From contig LRSL01000089.1 of the NCBI GenBank assembly GCA_001563335.1, positions 1 to 52,185 of the forward strand: a stretch of 52,185 nucleotides of DNA, written 5' to 3'. How positions within the stretch are numbered: position 1 is the stretch's first letter; every line of letters starts with the position of its first letter. Position numbers and translations under genes: made by a program. The stretch comes from Candidatus Thorarchaeota archaeon SMTZ1-45. GTDB lineage: Archaea > Asgardarchaeota > Thorarchaeia > Thorarchaeales > Thorarchaeaceae. Below are positions 19,119 to 28,531 of this stretch, in pieces. A model generated the notes under the pieces. That model was not told where the DNA came from and did no database searches. It saw only the letters and a program-made list of their open reading frames with translations.

Positions 19119-19862
19119 CTATTGCTTGAATACTGTTCCCACGAGCTTCTTGAAGTCTGCGGCAGGGTATGTGACACGGCTCTGAAGAATCCCCATGTCT
19201 ACAAAACTCTCAGCAACCTTGATTGCTGCACTTAAGGGATTGATGACTGGGATTCCTACCTCCCATTTAGTTTTGGCAGTCCGAAATGCCATTGACATGC
19301 AGCCAAGTACAACAGCCCCTGCTCCATTCTCTTTGGCTTTGTTGATTGCTTTGGTGGCTTGCTTGATAATTGCTGTCGCATCATCTCCCCACATCTCAAC
19401 AACAGGCATCTCTACGAACTCAACCGATGCCAATCGACTGTTGATTCCCATCTCCCTAGTGCGAGCTACAAGGTCGTCTGCAGCTTTGACACCGCCCGCC
19501 TGCGTGGGGGATATCACACTGAACCTGTCTGCTACCATACAAGCAATGTGATACGCTGCCTCTGCAGGTCCAATTATTGGAACATCCATCAACTCTCGTG
19601 CAGCTCCTAGTCCTGGGTCTCCTGCACACCCGATGATTATAGCATCATACCTGTTGTTTTTTCGAAGTTCAAAAAGCCATTCTAGCACCGGCCCAATTGA
19701 CATATACGCTTCAATCTCAGACTCGATGGATAGTGGTCCCTTTCCAACCTCTTCCACGGTGACTTTTGTACCCGGTCTGGCGAGAGATTTTGTGATTTCC
19801 TCTCGCCTCTTAATCTCGTCATCAGGCATTCCATCTCCGGGGATAAGATAAAGCAGTTCCAA
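19119..19862 (-). CDS. Asp/Glu/hydantoin racemase family protein
   Basis: GPLSIES, IIGCAGDPG and VVLGCMSM (two catalytic Cys). TTG start inferred. Confidence 0.88.
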   Translation of the reverse strand: MELLYLIPGDGMPDDEIKRREEITKSLARPGTKVTVEEVGKGPLSIESEIEAYMSIGPVLEWLFELRKNNRYDAIIIGCAGDPGLGAARELMDVPIIGPAEAAYHIACMVADRFSVISPTQAGGVKAADDLVARTREMGINSRLASVEFVEMPVVEMWGDDATAIIKQATKAINKAKENGAGAVVLGCMSMAFRTAKTKWEVGIPVINPLSAAIKVAESFVDMGILQSRVTYPAADFKKLVGTVFKQ

Positions 19863-19954
19863 TTGGCACACCATCCCTTGGGGTGTGACCATCCAGTTAT
19901 TAGTCCTTTCGAGTTACGTAAGACTCATCTGATTAGAAATAAACATGTGAACAC

Positions 19955-20917
19955 ATGCCAAGAGAAGATACTCTTCGTACACCTGACTATCGATTTGATG
20001 ATCTTCCTGACTACAACTTTCAGGCAAATTATGTGGACATCAAGGGACTGCGTATCCATTACGTTGATGAAGGTCCAAAAGAGGCACCTCCCATCCTCCT
20101 AATGCACGGAGAACCATCATGGAGTTATCTCTACCGGAAGATGATTCCTCCCCTAGTGAAAGAGGGATTCCGATCTATTGCCCCTGACTTGATGGGCTTT
20201 GGAAAGTCTGACAAACTTCCACGAATCAAAGATTATTCGCATACAAAGCACGTTAGTGTGATCCTCGAGTTTGTCAGAAAGATGAATCTCAGAGATATCA
20301 CTCTCTTCTGTCAGGATTGGGGAGGCCTTATCGGTCTGCGAGTCGTCGGAGAAGAACCGAATAGATTCTCTAGGATTATAGCAGCGAATACAGGTCTTCC
20401 AAGTGCCAAGGGAATCAGAGCTAAGATTGGATATCCATTATTCAAGTTACAGATAAAACGTATGGGGAGAGTGACTCAGTCACAGCTTCAAGAACATACG
20501 GACTTCATGAGATGGGTGGCATTTTCAAAAACCGTTCCAGAACTACCAATCGGTGACATTATACAAATGGCAACTTTGTCAAAACTGTCTGCTGATGTGA
20601 TCAGAGCATATGAAGCTCCTTTTCCAGATGAATCGTATAAAGCAGGAGCAAGAATATTCCCATATCTAGTCCCTTCCGAACTGTCAAAGAACCGAAAAGT
20701 CTGGGACAAAGTCTTGACAAAGTGGAAAAAACCGTTTCTCACCGCTTTCAGTGACCGAGACCCAATAACTAGAGGGGGTGAGAAGTACTTTCAGAAGATG
20801 ATTCCCGGAGCGCAGGACCGGGAGCATGTCATAGTCAAAGATGCAGGTCATTTTCTTCAAGAGGATAAGGGGCAGGAATTAGCACAGATCATTTTGAACT
20901 TTATTCAACAGGGTTGA
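19955..20917 (+). CDS. Haloalkane dehalogenase
   Basis: LRTPD.RF, LMHGEPSWSYLYRKMI, QDWGG, AYEAPFPD and AGHFLQED motifs. Confidence 0.92.
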   Translation: MPREDTLRTPDYRFDDLPDYNFQANYVDIKGLRIHYVDEGPKEAPPILLMHGEPSWSYLYRKMIPPLVKEGFRSIAPDLMGFGKSDKLPRIKDYSHTKHVSVILEFVRKMNLRDITLFCQDWGGLIGLRVVGEEPNRFSRIIAANTGLPSAKGIRAKIGYPLFKLQIKRMGRVTQSQLQEHTDFMRWVAFSKTVPELPIGDIIQMATLSKLSADVIRAYEAPFPDESYKAGARIFPYLVPSELSKNRKVWDKVLTKWKKPFLTAFSDRDPITRGGEKYFQKMIPGAQDREHVIVKDAGHFLQEDKGQELAQIILNFIQQG

Positions 20918-21074
20918 TTGAATCTGCAGTTTTTCATAGAAACGTCATGGGACATTCAGCTTATTGTGACTCCTCCCTGTCACTATACCCGACTCAAAAG
21001 CAGGACTACAGTCATGACTACATGCAGCAAGTCCTTCAAAGAGATCAGTGTTGCCATATGACTCATGTTTACAT

Positions 21075-21428
21075 CTAGATAGTCCGTGTCCTCTCTTGTT
21101 CTAACGCTAGCTTTAGACCACTAATTGACTGTCCAGTGAACAAACTCCAGACTTCTTCCAAGATATCACAGGGATAATCAGAACAGAGTGAACAGACCCT
21201 ACATCCCTTTTCCTCTGCACAAAGCCTGACCCTACACTCAAGACAGAAAACATGCAGTCTCTCACTACTACATCCATCGCAGATCAGATCTAATGCATCA
21301 TATTGATGACTCTCGTCTGACCACTTCTTTGCTGTTTCTTCGAGCTGCTCCATATTGTTTGTCTGAGTTCCGATGTACGCTGGACACTCTGAGCAATCAA
21401 TACCACAAGGGGCTATCATTCTACTCAT
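21075..21428 (-). CDS. DUF3795 Cys-rich protein
   Basis: APCGIDCSECPAY...CDGC...C.ECRVRLC...C..CSDYPC. Confidence 0.85.
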   Translation of the reverse strand: MSRMIAPCGIDCSECPAYIGTQTNNMEQLEETAKKWSDESHQYDALDLICDGCSSERLHVFCLECRVRLCAEEKGCRVCSLCSDYPCDILEEVWSLFTGQSISGLKLALEQERTRTI

Positions 21429-21695
21429 GACTTACAGTCAACTGAATCCACATATCAGGTTTCTACAGACATATGTCGGTACTAACCAGTCCCAAGTGTT
21501 TCTTGAGTCAAGAATGCAGAATATCACTTGGTAAAAATCCCATTTGTCTCAGTTCTTTGAAATTTCGTTCATGATATTATCTGAAAACGATCTGGATTCT
21601 TCCCGCATAGACTCCTATCACAGTTCCATAAACCGCAGCATTATATTAGAGAAACTCATCTACTGTAATGTCAAAAACTGATTGGTGCCACAGTA

Positions 21696-21929
21696 ATGAC
21701 CTGTTATTTCAAGAACTCCAGAATGAAGGAACTGCTCCACGATATTGGAGTTGAAGAAACTAAAGAGAACATAAAGAAGGTCGATATGATTCTTCACGAT
21801 ATGTTGAGTGTTGATTATCCCAACTGCGCTGCTACCTGGAAGATGCTGCGTCAAAAACTCGAATATGATGCTGAAGGTTTTAGAGAACGAATGAAAATTG
21901 CTGTTCAAACTGTAGTAGAATCCAAATAA
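21696..21929 (+). CDS. Small conserved hypothetical protein (MTCYF family), paralog of 9031..9252
   Basis: Shares MTCYF...GV..T..N...D..H...VDY.NC.A.WK with the 9031 ORF. Confidence 0.8.
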   Translation: MTCYFKNSRMKELLHDIGVEETKENIKKVDMILHDMLSVDYPNCAATWKMLRQKLEYDAEGFRERMKIAVQTVVESK

Positions 21930-22017
21930 CAGACTACTAACACCCCATTTTTAATTATCAGCTAGGTTTTTTTGTGCGTATGACACTGTAATATAATACG
22001 TTCAGGAGGAAACGACT

Positions 22018-22242
22018 TTGGTGGTTGTTATTGTACTAATACAGGTGAAAGCAGGGACAGCGAGTGCTGCTTTTGAACATATTGGGAAAATTAAGGAAAT
22101 CCAACAGGTACACATGGTCACTGGTCCATATGACATCATTGCCATTGCTGATATACCTGTAAAGGCTGGTTTTCGTAGGCTAGTTGAAAATATCCATGAT
22201 GTGCCCGGTGTGGAAAGAACCGAGACCTGCATGTCCATCTAA
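22018..22242 (+). CDS. Stand-alone Lrp/AsnC ligand-binding (RAM) domain protein
   Basis: HMVTGPYDIIA...IHDVPGVERTET. GGAGG upstream. Confidence 0.88.
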   Translation: MVVVIVLIQVKAGTASAAFEHIGKIKEIQQVHMVTGPYDIIAIADIPVKAGFRRLVENIHDVPGVERTETCMSI

Positions 22243-22354
22243 TTGATGAATAAATCACCCACCCTCAACATCAAACGACATTGAACTTCAGTGGGTCGTG
22301 AGTTTTTTCTCAAAAGGTTCAAATGACAAACTCGTAGTGTGTTATTCTGCTTCC

Positions 22355-22891
22355 TTATCGGCCTGCAGCATACAAGACTGCTGCTGTGGACTCCAAGAGG
22401 TCATTACTTTCACCGAGCGCGCCAACTGGTTCAGTTCTTGAAACAGCAAAATAGTCCGATTTGGAACTCATGATTCCCTTAGGTCCTTCAATCTTGAGTT
22501 TCATCAGAAAAGCAAAAGCCCTTGCCGTAGCACTATCTTTACTTATTGGCTTTCTCGTGTCCTTGTAGTGTTCGACAACGAGTCTTTCGACAAAACTTAT
22601 TCGCTCCCAAAATTTACTGATGGTCATGTGTAGCTTGAAAGCTACCACATCACCAAGCGAGTCTAGTATGAACACGCCGCATGTATTTCGTGGGAGACTT
22701 CCAACTATCACTTTGTGCACATATTCTGTCAGAGTAGTTCTACTAAGTTTTCGTTTTTCATGTAGAGTTTCATTGACTTTAACGATCGGGACAATCACTA
22801 TGCCCGGGTAAGAGAGAGGCTCACTCAAACAGAAATTCTGACCCTTAAGAATCTCATCCGCCAATACTCTCACACAATCCGACCCAGTCAT
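22355..22891 (-). CDS. Hypothetical protein
   Basis: 178-aa ORF with an ATG start and AGGAG upstream. No motif recognised with confidence. Confidence 0.6.
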   Translation of the reverse strand: MTGSDCVRVLADEILKGQNFCLSEPLSYPGIVIVPIVKVNETLHEKRKLSRTTLTEYVHKVIVGSLPRNTCGVFILDSLGDVVAFKLHMTISKFWERISFVERLVVEHYKDTRKPISKDSATARAFAFLMKLKIEGPKGIMSSKSDYFAVSRTEPVGALGESNDLLESTAAVLYAAGR

Positions 22892-22909
22892 GCGTCTCCT
22901 CTCGAGTCA

Positions 22910-22932
22910 ACGTAATCCTATTACGTATTACG
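22910..22932. promoter_or_regulatory. Candidate operator: ACGTAAT-N3-ATTACGT plus an extra ATTACG
   Basis: Inverted and direct repeats of ATTACG lie about 20-40 bp upstream of the 22891 start. Confidence 0.4.
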
Positions 22933-23038
22933 CGACAAGAACAAATATAAACTCTTTCATTTTTATCTTTTGTCTAAAAATAGGCCGATTTTGGTTGAAA
23001 AATAATGGTGGGAGAGGTTTTTTCGTCACTCTTACAGA

Positions 23039-23518
23039 TTAATTTGTTAATATAGTACCAATCTCCCTACCAATCTGGTGAAATTTCTCTTCCGCGCCAA
23101 TGTCTAGAGGACCCTCTCTTCCATGAACAATAGATGAAACCCTTGGTTTGATGATTTTCATCTTCAATCGCTTCATCATGCCCTCAATGGATCGAGCAGC
23201 ACTGTTCTCAAGGACTAATAGACTTCTTTTGTTCATTCGAGACTCGTTTCTAGTATCAAAGCTGAATCCAAACAGGCCCCTGAGTTCAATGTTTCTGAGT
23301 TGATTCAAGAACTCCTTCATCTCTTTAGAAGGTCTAATCATGTGAGTTGGACTCCCTATAGCAATCAGGTCATGCTTTGGAATCTCATTGATGTCAACTT
23401 CACCGATACTCATACAATCCACTTCAATGCCCAACTCTTCAATCCCTCTGGCTAGACTCATAGCAACAGTCTTGGTATTTCCAAAGAGTGAATGATAAAG
23501 AACAAGAGCTCGCTTCAT
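23039..23518 (-). CDS. Flavodoxin-like protein
   Basis: VLYHSLFGNTK, IGSPTH and FSFDTR motifs. Confidence 0.9.
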   Translation of the reverse strand: MKRALVLYHSLFGNTKTVAMSLARGIEELGIEVDCMSIGEVDINEIPKHDLIAIGSPTHMIRPSKEMKEFLNQLRNIELRGLFGFSFDTRNESRMNKRSLLVLENSAARSIEGMMKRLKMKIIKPRVSSIVHGREGPLDIGAEEKFHQIGREIGTILTN

Positions 23519-23528
23519 TCTCTCTCAC

Positions 23529-23999
23529 CTAAACCTCCATCTGTTTGAATATCCCTACAAGGATGCCAAGCACAACACCAAAACCAACTCCAGTTCCCAT
23601 GCCTATGAACATTATAATGTCCACTCCGCCAAGAAGCCCAATCAAAAGACCTCCTGTAGTTCCTATGAAGACGCCCAGTCCAATGTTTCTGCCCCTTTTC
23701 AACCTATGAACAAAGAAGATACCTATCAGTGTGGTCGCAAAGAGGGTGAGAGTACTGATAGGAGCAAATGAGCAGTGTGAAACATAGCCAATCAAGTTCA
23801 CTCTGTTTGCTCCCCAGGATAACAGTGAAGTCGGTATCACAGTCCAAATAGCTGCAGCGAAACTTCCTACAGTCATTGCTGAAAGGAATGCCCAGACTAG
23901 GCTCAATCCCAAAATGATGAAGAACCTCTTGATTCCACCAATTTGACGTGCTGTATTATGTTCTTGCTTCTCTAGTCGAATTGTATCTGTTTTACTCAT
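23529..23999 (-). CDS. Hypothetical membrane protein
   Basis: About four hydrophobic, Gly-rich segments. Lies between the TetR and flavodoxin genes on the same strand. Confidence 0.75.
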   Translation of the reverse strand: MSKTDTIRLEKQEHNTARQIGGIKRFFIILGLSLVWAFLSAMTVGSFAAAIWTVIPTSLLSWGANRVNLIGYVSHCSFAPISTLTLFATTLIGIFFVHRLKRGRNIGLGVFIGTTGGLLIGLLGGVDIIMFIGMGTGVGFGVVLGILVGIFKQMEV

Positions 24000-24022
24000 C
24001 TTGTTTACCTACTATTTATAGT

Positions 24023-24706
24023 TCAATCATCATAGTGCTTCAGTCCCTGATCGATAATGTTGAAGAAAACCGAAAGATACTCCTTTGTCTTCTCCTCAGG
24101 CTGGTCACTTGCTCGATACCGCATTACTAGTTCACGTATTGCCTGAGCAAAAGTACTGAGAACCATTATCACTGAGAAAGGATCGACCTTGTCTTCAATT
24201 CCAGATTGTCTTAAGGTTGCAGTGATTACAGAGGTCATTAACTCCTCAATCATACCCATGTAGTGTCTGAATTCCTGTTCGCTCTCAGTCAGTGGTTCAT
24301 TACTTTCTTGTTTCTTCATTATCTTGGAGATAATTACGCTCAAGCGTCCTGACTCGAAGAGAATTGCATAATCTGTGTGCTTCTCGAAGAATGAAAGATA
24401 TGCATCTCCCATGGAACGAAGTTCGTAAGAAACTTCAGCCTGCTTGAGATGACTATTCATTATCTCGTAGAGAGTCTGATACGCCTCTGTGACAACTGCT
24501 ATGAAGAGATCATCCTTTGACTCAAAGTAGTTGTAGAGGGTCATCTTTGTGTAGCCAGCAGCCTGTGCGATATCCTCTACCATTGTCTGGTCATATCCCT
24601 GACTTGAGAAGAATTCCCCTGCAATCTTGATGATGGCTTTGCGGCGCTGTTTTCTCTCACGCTCAAGTCTCTCTTCTTTTGGTGACGCGGCTTTGTACCT
24701 ACTCAT
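24023..24706 (-). CDS. TetR/AcrR family regulator
   Basis: FSSQGYDQTMVEDIAQAAGYTKMTLYNYFESKDDL. Confidence 0.93.
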   Translation of the reverse strand: MSRYKAASPKEERLERERKQRRKAIIKIAGEFFSSQGYDQTMVEDIAQAAGYTKMTLYNYFESKDDLFIAVVTEAYQTLYEIMNSHLKQAEVSYELRSMGDAYLSFFEKHTDYAILFESGRLSVIISKIMKKQESNEPLTESEQEFRHYMGMIEELMTSVITATLRQSGIEDKVDPFSVIMVLSTFAQAIRELVMRYRASDQPEEKTKEYLSVFFNIIDQGLKHYDD

Positions 24707-24724
24707 GGGACCACTCCGAAGATG

Positions 24725-24760
24725 ATTTTACTTAAGTAAAATATAATATACTCAAGTAAA
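24725..24760. promoter_or_regulatory. Tandem candidate TetR operators
   Basis: Perfect 18-bp palindrome ATTTTACTTAAGTAAAAT (24725-24742), with a second core TACTCAAGTA (24749-24758) 20 bp away, just upstream of tetR. Confidence 0.7.
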
Positions 24761-24825
24761 TAAGAGTTGCGATGAGCGTAACATAAGAAAGGCACCTGCT
24801 CTAGAAGAGAATAGGCGTTTTTAAA

Positions 24826-25479
24826 ATGAGTCACAGGAACACGATCTGGTTGGAGGCATTCAGAGAAACCGTAGAGGATAGGAAACAAGGCCCAGACCTC
24901 AAACTCATCGAATATCTTGACAGCATCCCAAAGGGTCCAGTTCTTGATCTTGGAATGGGGCGGGGTAGACATGCAATCTTCTTTGCGAAGCTGGGCCGAG
25001 AGGTAGATGGTGTTGACACCTCTAGGCTCTCAAAGGGAATATCTGAAATGGTTAGTGCCGAGGGACTCGACTTCACCTATCATAGGATGGACCTCCGAAA
25101 CTTCGATATTCAACCAAAACGATATGCTTTGATTATTGCTTCGAAGATTATTCAGCTATTTCAGAAAGCTGACATTGAGGTCATAGCCGAGCGGATGCAG
25201 GCCGGTCTGAAACGAAAGGGAGTATTATACATCTATACATTCTCTGTTGAGCATTTGGAACATGTCACAAAATGGGATGAAATCGAGAAGGTCGAAGACA
25301 ACACCTATTACCACTCTGAATACAAACAACATTTTCATTTCTTCACGAGAGATGAGATTCTTGGGCTCTTCCCAGACCTAAAGCTGGAATACTACACAGA
25401 AGGGCTCACCTTTGACAAGAGACCATCTCGCCTTCGACACACTGGCATCATTCAATATGTTGGTCGAAAAATGAACTGA
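24826..25479 (+). CDS. Class I SAM-dependent methyltransferase (TehB-like)
   Basis: VLDLGMGRGRHAIFFAKLG and GVDTS motifs. Confidence 0.88.
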   Translation: MSHRNTIWLEAFRETVEDRKQGPDLKLIEYLDSIPKGPVLDLGMGRGRHAIFFAKLGREVDGVDTSRLSKGISEMVSAEGLDFTYHRMDLRNFDIQPKRYALIIASKIIQLFQKADIEVIAERMQAGLKRKGVLYIYTFSVEHLEHVTKWDEIEKVEDNTYYHSEYKQHFHFFTRDEILGLFPDLKLEYYTEGLTFDKRPSRLRHTGIIQYVGRKMN

Positions 25480-25497
25480 CTAAAAGGCTGGATCTTC

Positions 25498-26781
25498 ATG
25501 GACGAGTATGAGATTGATGATAAGAGAAGTTCTATACCATTCACAGCCCGACTCATAGCTCATTATCGTGCCATGGAGTCTCGTCGAGAGAGTCCGCTCA
25601 TTGTCGATCCCTATGCTGAACGTCTTGCTGGAAACATGGAGTCATATTTCGATGAACACAGGTGGTCTCGTGGAACAGGTGATTATGCAGTTGTCCGAAC
25701 TCACTACATCGACAACTACATTCTGACTCCTTGGTGTGAGGACCATGCAGTATCACAGATTGTACTTCTCGGGGCTGGGTTGGACGCTAGAGCATACCGT
25801 CTTCAAACTCTCAAAGAGGGCCAACATACCATCTTTGAGGTTGATTATGACTTGATAAACAAATACAAGTCTGCTGTGCTTAGAGATGAGAAACCTCTAT
25901 GTGACATTGTACGGGTCTCTTCGGACTTATCCGAATTGAGCTGGATCTCCAAACTTGAGAAATCAGGATTCTCATCTAAGACTCCTGCATTATGGCTACT
26001 GGAAGGTCTTGTCTACTATGTTGACCAGACAATTGTTGAATCAATCCTAAAAGATGCTGCTAAGAATTGTGCAGACAAGAGTAAGGTATTCGCAGATGTT
26101 TGTGTTCCTGGCCTTACTCAGGCACAATTCGGACCATTCATGATGCACTTCAAATGGGGGTTGAACATAGAGGATGTTCCTGCTTTTTTTTCTCGGACAG
26201 GCTGGAATGTCACTTGCGCCTTTGCAGATGCGTATGATCAAGGGCGAGATGTAGGACAGAAAGGGCTCATTTTTGTCACTGGAAAACGTGATCTGTCACT
26301 ACTTGATACGACTGGGAAACTCAACGCAGAAGATATGCTAAGAAGGATACCTGCGTCTGAGTTCCAGTCCTTCTCGATTAAGTTCTTGAAGAATGTCATG
26401 GATGCGACTGGTATCATCGTTGAGGCATACAATGATAATCCCGATGATGGACTAGGTAGCTATTTTCAGTTCATTGATCGAATAAAACCAGCAGTACATG
26501 CAATAATAGAGAGCCTTTCAGATCCATTGTCTATTAGACATATATCATCAAGACTGCTACGAGACCCATCGACAGCAGTTCTTCACACTGCAGATGAAAA
26601 AGAAGCACATATTGTGGGCTATCTAAAAGCACTGCTGTTTCTAGGGTTTTGTGGGGCAAGAGGTATAGCTGGAGAGCATTTCACCTCAACAAATGTCTAC
26701 TTAGAAGGACTGAAGACTATAAAGATTGACCATCTGTCCTCACTTACACAGCTTATTCGGGAAGAGATAGATAACTCTTAA
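25498..26781 (+). CDS. LCM-like SAM-dependent methyltransferase with a C-terminal extension
   Basis: TARLIAHYRAME, DPYAERL, QIVLLGAGLDARAYRL and LLEGLVYY motifs. About 160 extra C-terminal residues. Confidence 0.88.
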   Translation: MDEYEIDDKRSSIPFTARLIAHYRAMESRRESPLIVDPYAERLAGNMESYFDEHRWSRGTGDYAVVRTHYIDNYILTPWCEDHAVSQIVLLGAGLDARAYRLQTLKEGQHTIFEVDYDLINKYKSAVLRDEKPLCDIVRVSSDLSELSWISKLEKSGFSSKTPALWLLEGLVYYVDQTIVESILKDAAKNCADKSKVFADVCVPGLTQAQFGPFMMHFKWGLNIEDVPAFFSRTGWNVTCAFADAYDQGRDVGQKGLIFVTGKRDLSLLDTTGKLNAEDMLRRIPASEFQSFSIKFLKNVMDATGIIVEAYNDNPDDGLGSYFQFIDRIKPAVHAIIESLSDPLSIRHISSRLLRDPSTAVLHTADEKEAHIVGYLKALLFLGFCGARGIAGEHFTSTNVYLEGLKTIKIDHLSSLTQLIREEIDNS

Positions 26782-26825
26782 ATCGACTCTGACATTTCCC
26801 TACCCAGAACCAAAGAGGCTTGAAT

Positions 26826-27290
26826 ATGAAGAAAGTTCTAGTTGTTTTTGACACGACTTATGGAAACACTGAGAAACTCGGAAGAGAGATCGCTGCTGGT
26901 ATTGAGGAGACCGGTACTGCGGAGTGTAAGGTAATTGGAATCAAGGAGGTAAAATCGGAGGACATCTCTGGTTTTGATGGTGTGCTCTTTGGAGGACCAA
27001 TCCATGCTTTTAGGGCAACGCGAGGAATTAAAGGCGCAGTCAAGGATGCTGCAAAGAAGGGTCTTGATGGTAAGCTGGTTTCCACATTTGACACCTATCA
27101 AGCTCCTGGACATAAGGGACGAGCAGCCAAGCAGATCGAAGAGATGATTGCTGACAAGGCCCCTGGTGCAAAGATACTCTCTCCTGGATGTACAGCGCTT
27201 GTGGATGGTCGAACCGGTCCACTCAATGCCGTTGAACCCGCAAAGGCTCGTGAGTTTGGTAAGAAATTCGCAGAAGAACTAGCAGGTTGA
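26826..27290 (+). CDS. Flavodoxin-like protein
   Basis: VVFDTTYGNTEKL, GGPIH, FDT and GPL motifs. Confidence 0.9.
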   Translation: MKKVLVVFDTTYGNTEKLGREIAAGIEETGTAECKVIGIKEVKSEDISGFDGVLFGGPIHAFRATRGIKGAVKDAAKKGLDGKLVSTFDTYQAPGHKGRAAKQIEEMIADKAPGAKILSPGCTALVDGRTGPLNAVEPAKAREFGKKFAEELAG

Positions 27291-27315
27291 AGATATCATT
27301 TTTGTGAGTTAATTG

Positions 27316-27348
27316 AAAAAAGTGATGAGAGAGGATGACCCTCTCTCA
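27316..27348 (-). terminator. Hairpin plus T-tract after Kelch gene 1
   Basis: 9-bp stem TGAGAGAGG/CCTCTCTCA (27326-27348), then an A6 run on + (T6 on the coding strand). Confidence 0.5.
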
Positions 27349-28506
27349 ATTATTGTGCAGATTGTCGTTTTCTCCGACAACTGTAGCAAGCACCCATTGC
27401 CAACCATTGGGGATAATCATGGTGCTCATCTCTCCGTTTTCTTCATACTCAAGCGACCAAGTATCACCCAAGATACTGTCGTACCAGTCCTCTCCAAGAC
27501 CACCATAGAGCAGAGTCACATCTGATTCTGCATCGTACGCGAGGTAGGACCTCTCTCGACCACAAGGACAAATGTTGATGCTTAGATTAGACCAAGTATT
27601 GGTGTTGTAGTCATAGGTCCAAGTTACATTGCATACTTCTTCTTCATCATCTAACCCACCAAAAGTGATACACACATCATTCACTGAGTCATAGGCCATC
27701 TGTGCCGCACCACCTATTCCATGGTCATCCGGGTTCATGTTCTCCCAGGTGTCCATGTTATAGTCATACGCCCAGGTGTCGGTAAAGATACCCAATCCTG
27801 CCCCAGAGAAAAGAATAATCCTATCACTCTCTGAGTCATAAGCCATGAGAGAATAGAATCGTGATGATGGTCTTGATGTGGGATTCATTTCTTCCCATGT
27901 GTTCGTATTGTAGTCGTATGCCCATGTATCTCCGGTCGTGCCGCCTGTGGCAAGGACTCCACCGAATATAATGACTCTATCTGAATCTGAATCATACGCT
28001 GTTGAGCTATACCGACGCATTGGTGGACTCACCGCAGGACTCATGTTCTCCCATGTGTTTGTGTTGTAGTCGTATGCCCATGTGTCTCCACGATGAAGAA
28101 TTGCTTCCCCATCGGGGGTATACCATCCACCAAATACAATGATCCTGTCAGACTCTGAGTCATATGCAACATTGAATGCGCTTAGTTCTGGAGGTCCAGA
28201 CTCTGTTGTCTTGTTCATCCAGGTGTTTTGGTCATAATCATAAGCCCATGTGTCATTGAGGGTTACACCCCCTGGGCCAGTGTCACCCCCAAATAAGACG
28301 GTCACATCGGACTCTGCATCGTATATGAAGCAATTCCCATTTCTAGCTGGAGGTTCTGTGCTAGGACTCATCTCTGTCCATGTCCAAGTAGGTTCTGTAA
28401 CGTCTGGACCAACTGGAGGATTCATCCATATCCAAACCCCACCAGATACAACAATTAGCACTACAAGCAAAACTGCTAGTATTGTTCCTTTTTTCAATCT
28501 TCTCAC
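27346..28506 (-). CDS. Kelch-repeat beta-propeller protein with an N-terminal signal anchor
   Basis: Six repeats of AYDSESDR.I.FGG...DTWAYDYNTNTW. N-terminal basic stretch followed by a hydrophobic helix. Confidence 0.9.
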   Translation of the reverse strand: MRRLKKGTILAVLLVVLIVVSGGVWIWMNPPVGPDVTEPTWTWTEMSPSTEPPARNGNCFIYDAESDVTVLFGGDTGPGGVTLNDTWAYDYDQNTWMNKTTESGPPELSAFNVAYDSESDRIIVFGGWYTPDGEAILHRGDTWAYDYNTNTWENMSPAVSPPMRRYSSTAYDSDSDRVIIFGGVLATGGTTGDTWAYDYNTNTWEEMNPTSRPSSRFYSLMAYDSESDRIILFSGAGLGIFTDTWAYDYNMDTWENMNPDDHGIGGAAQMAYDSVNDVCITFGGLDDEEEVCNVTWTYDYNTNTWSNLSINICPCGRERSYLAYDAESDVTLLYGGLGEDWYDSILGDTWSLEYEENGEMSTMIIPNGWQWVLATVVGENDNLHNN

Positions 28507-28531
28507 TCCTAACCTTTGTTTGTTTACTTCA

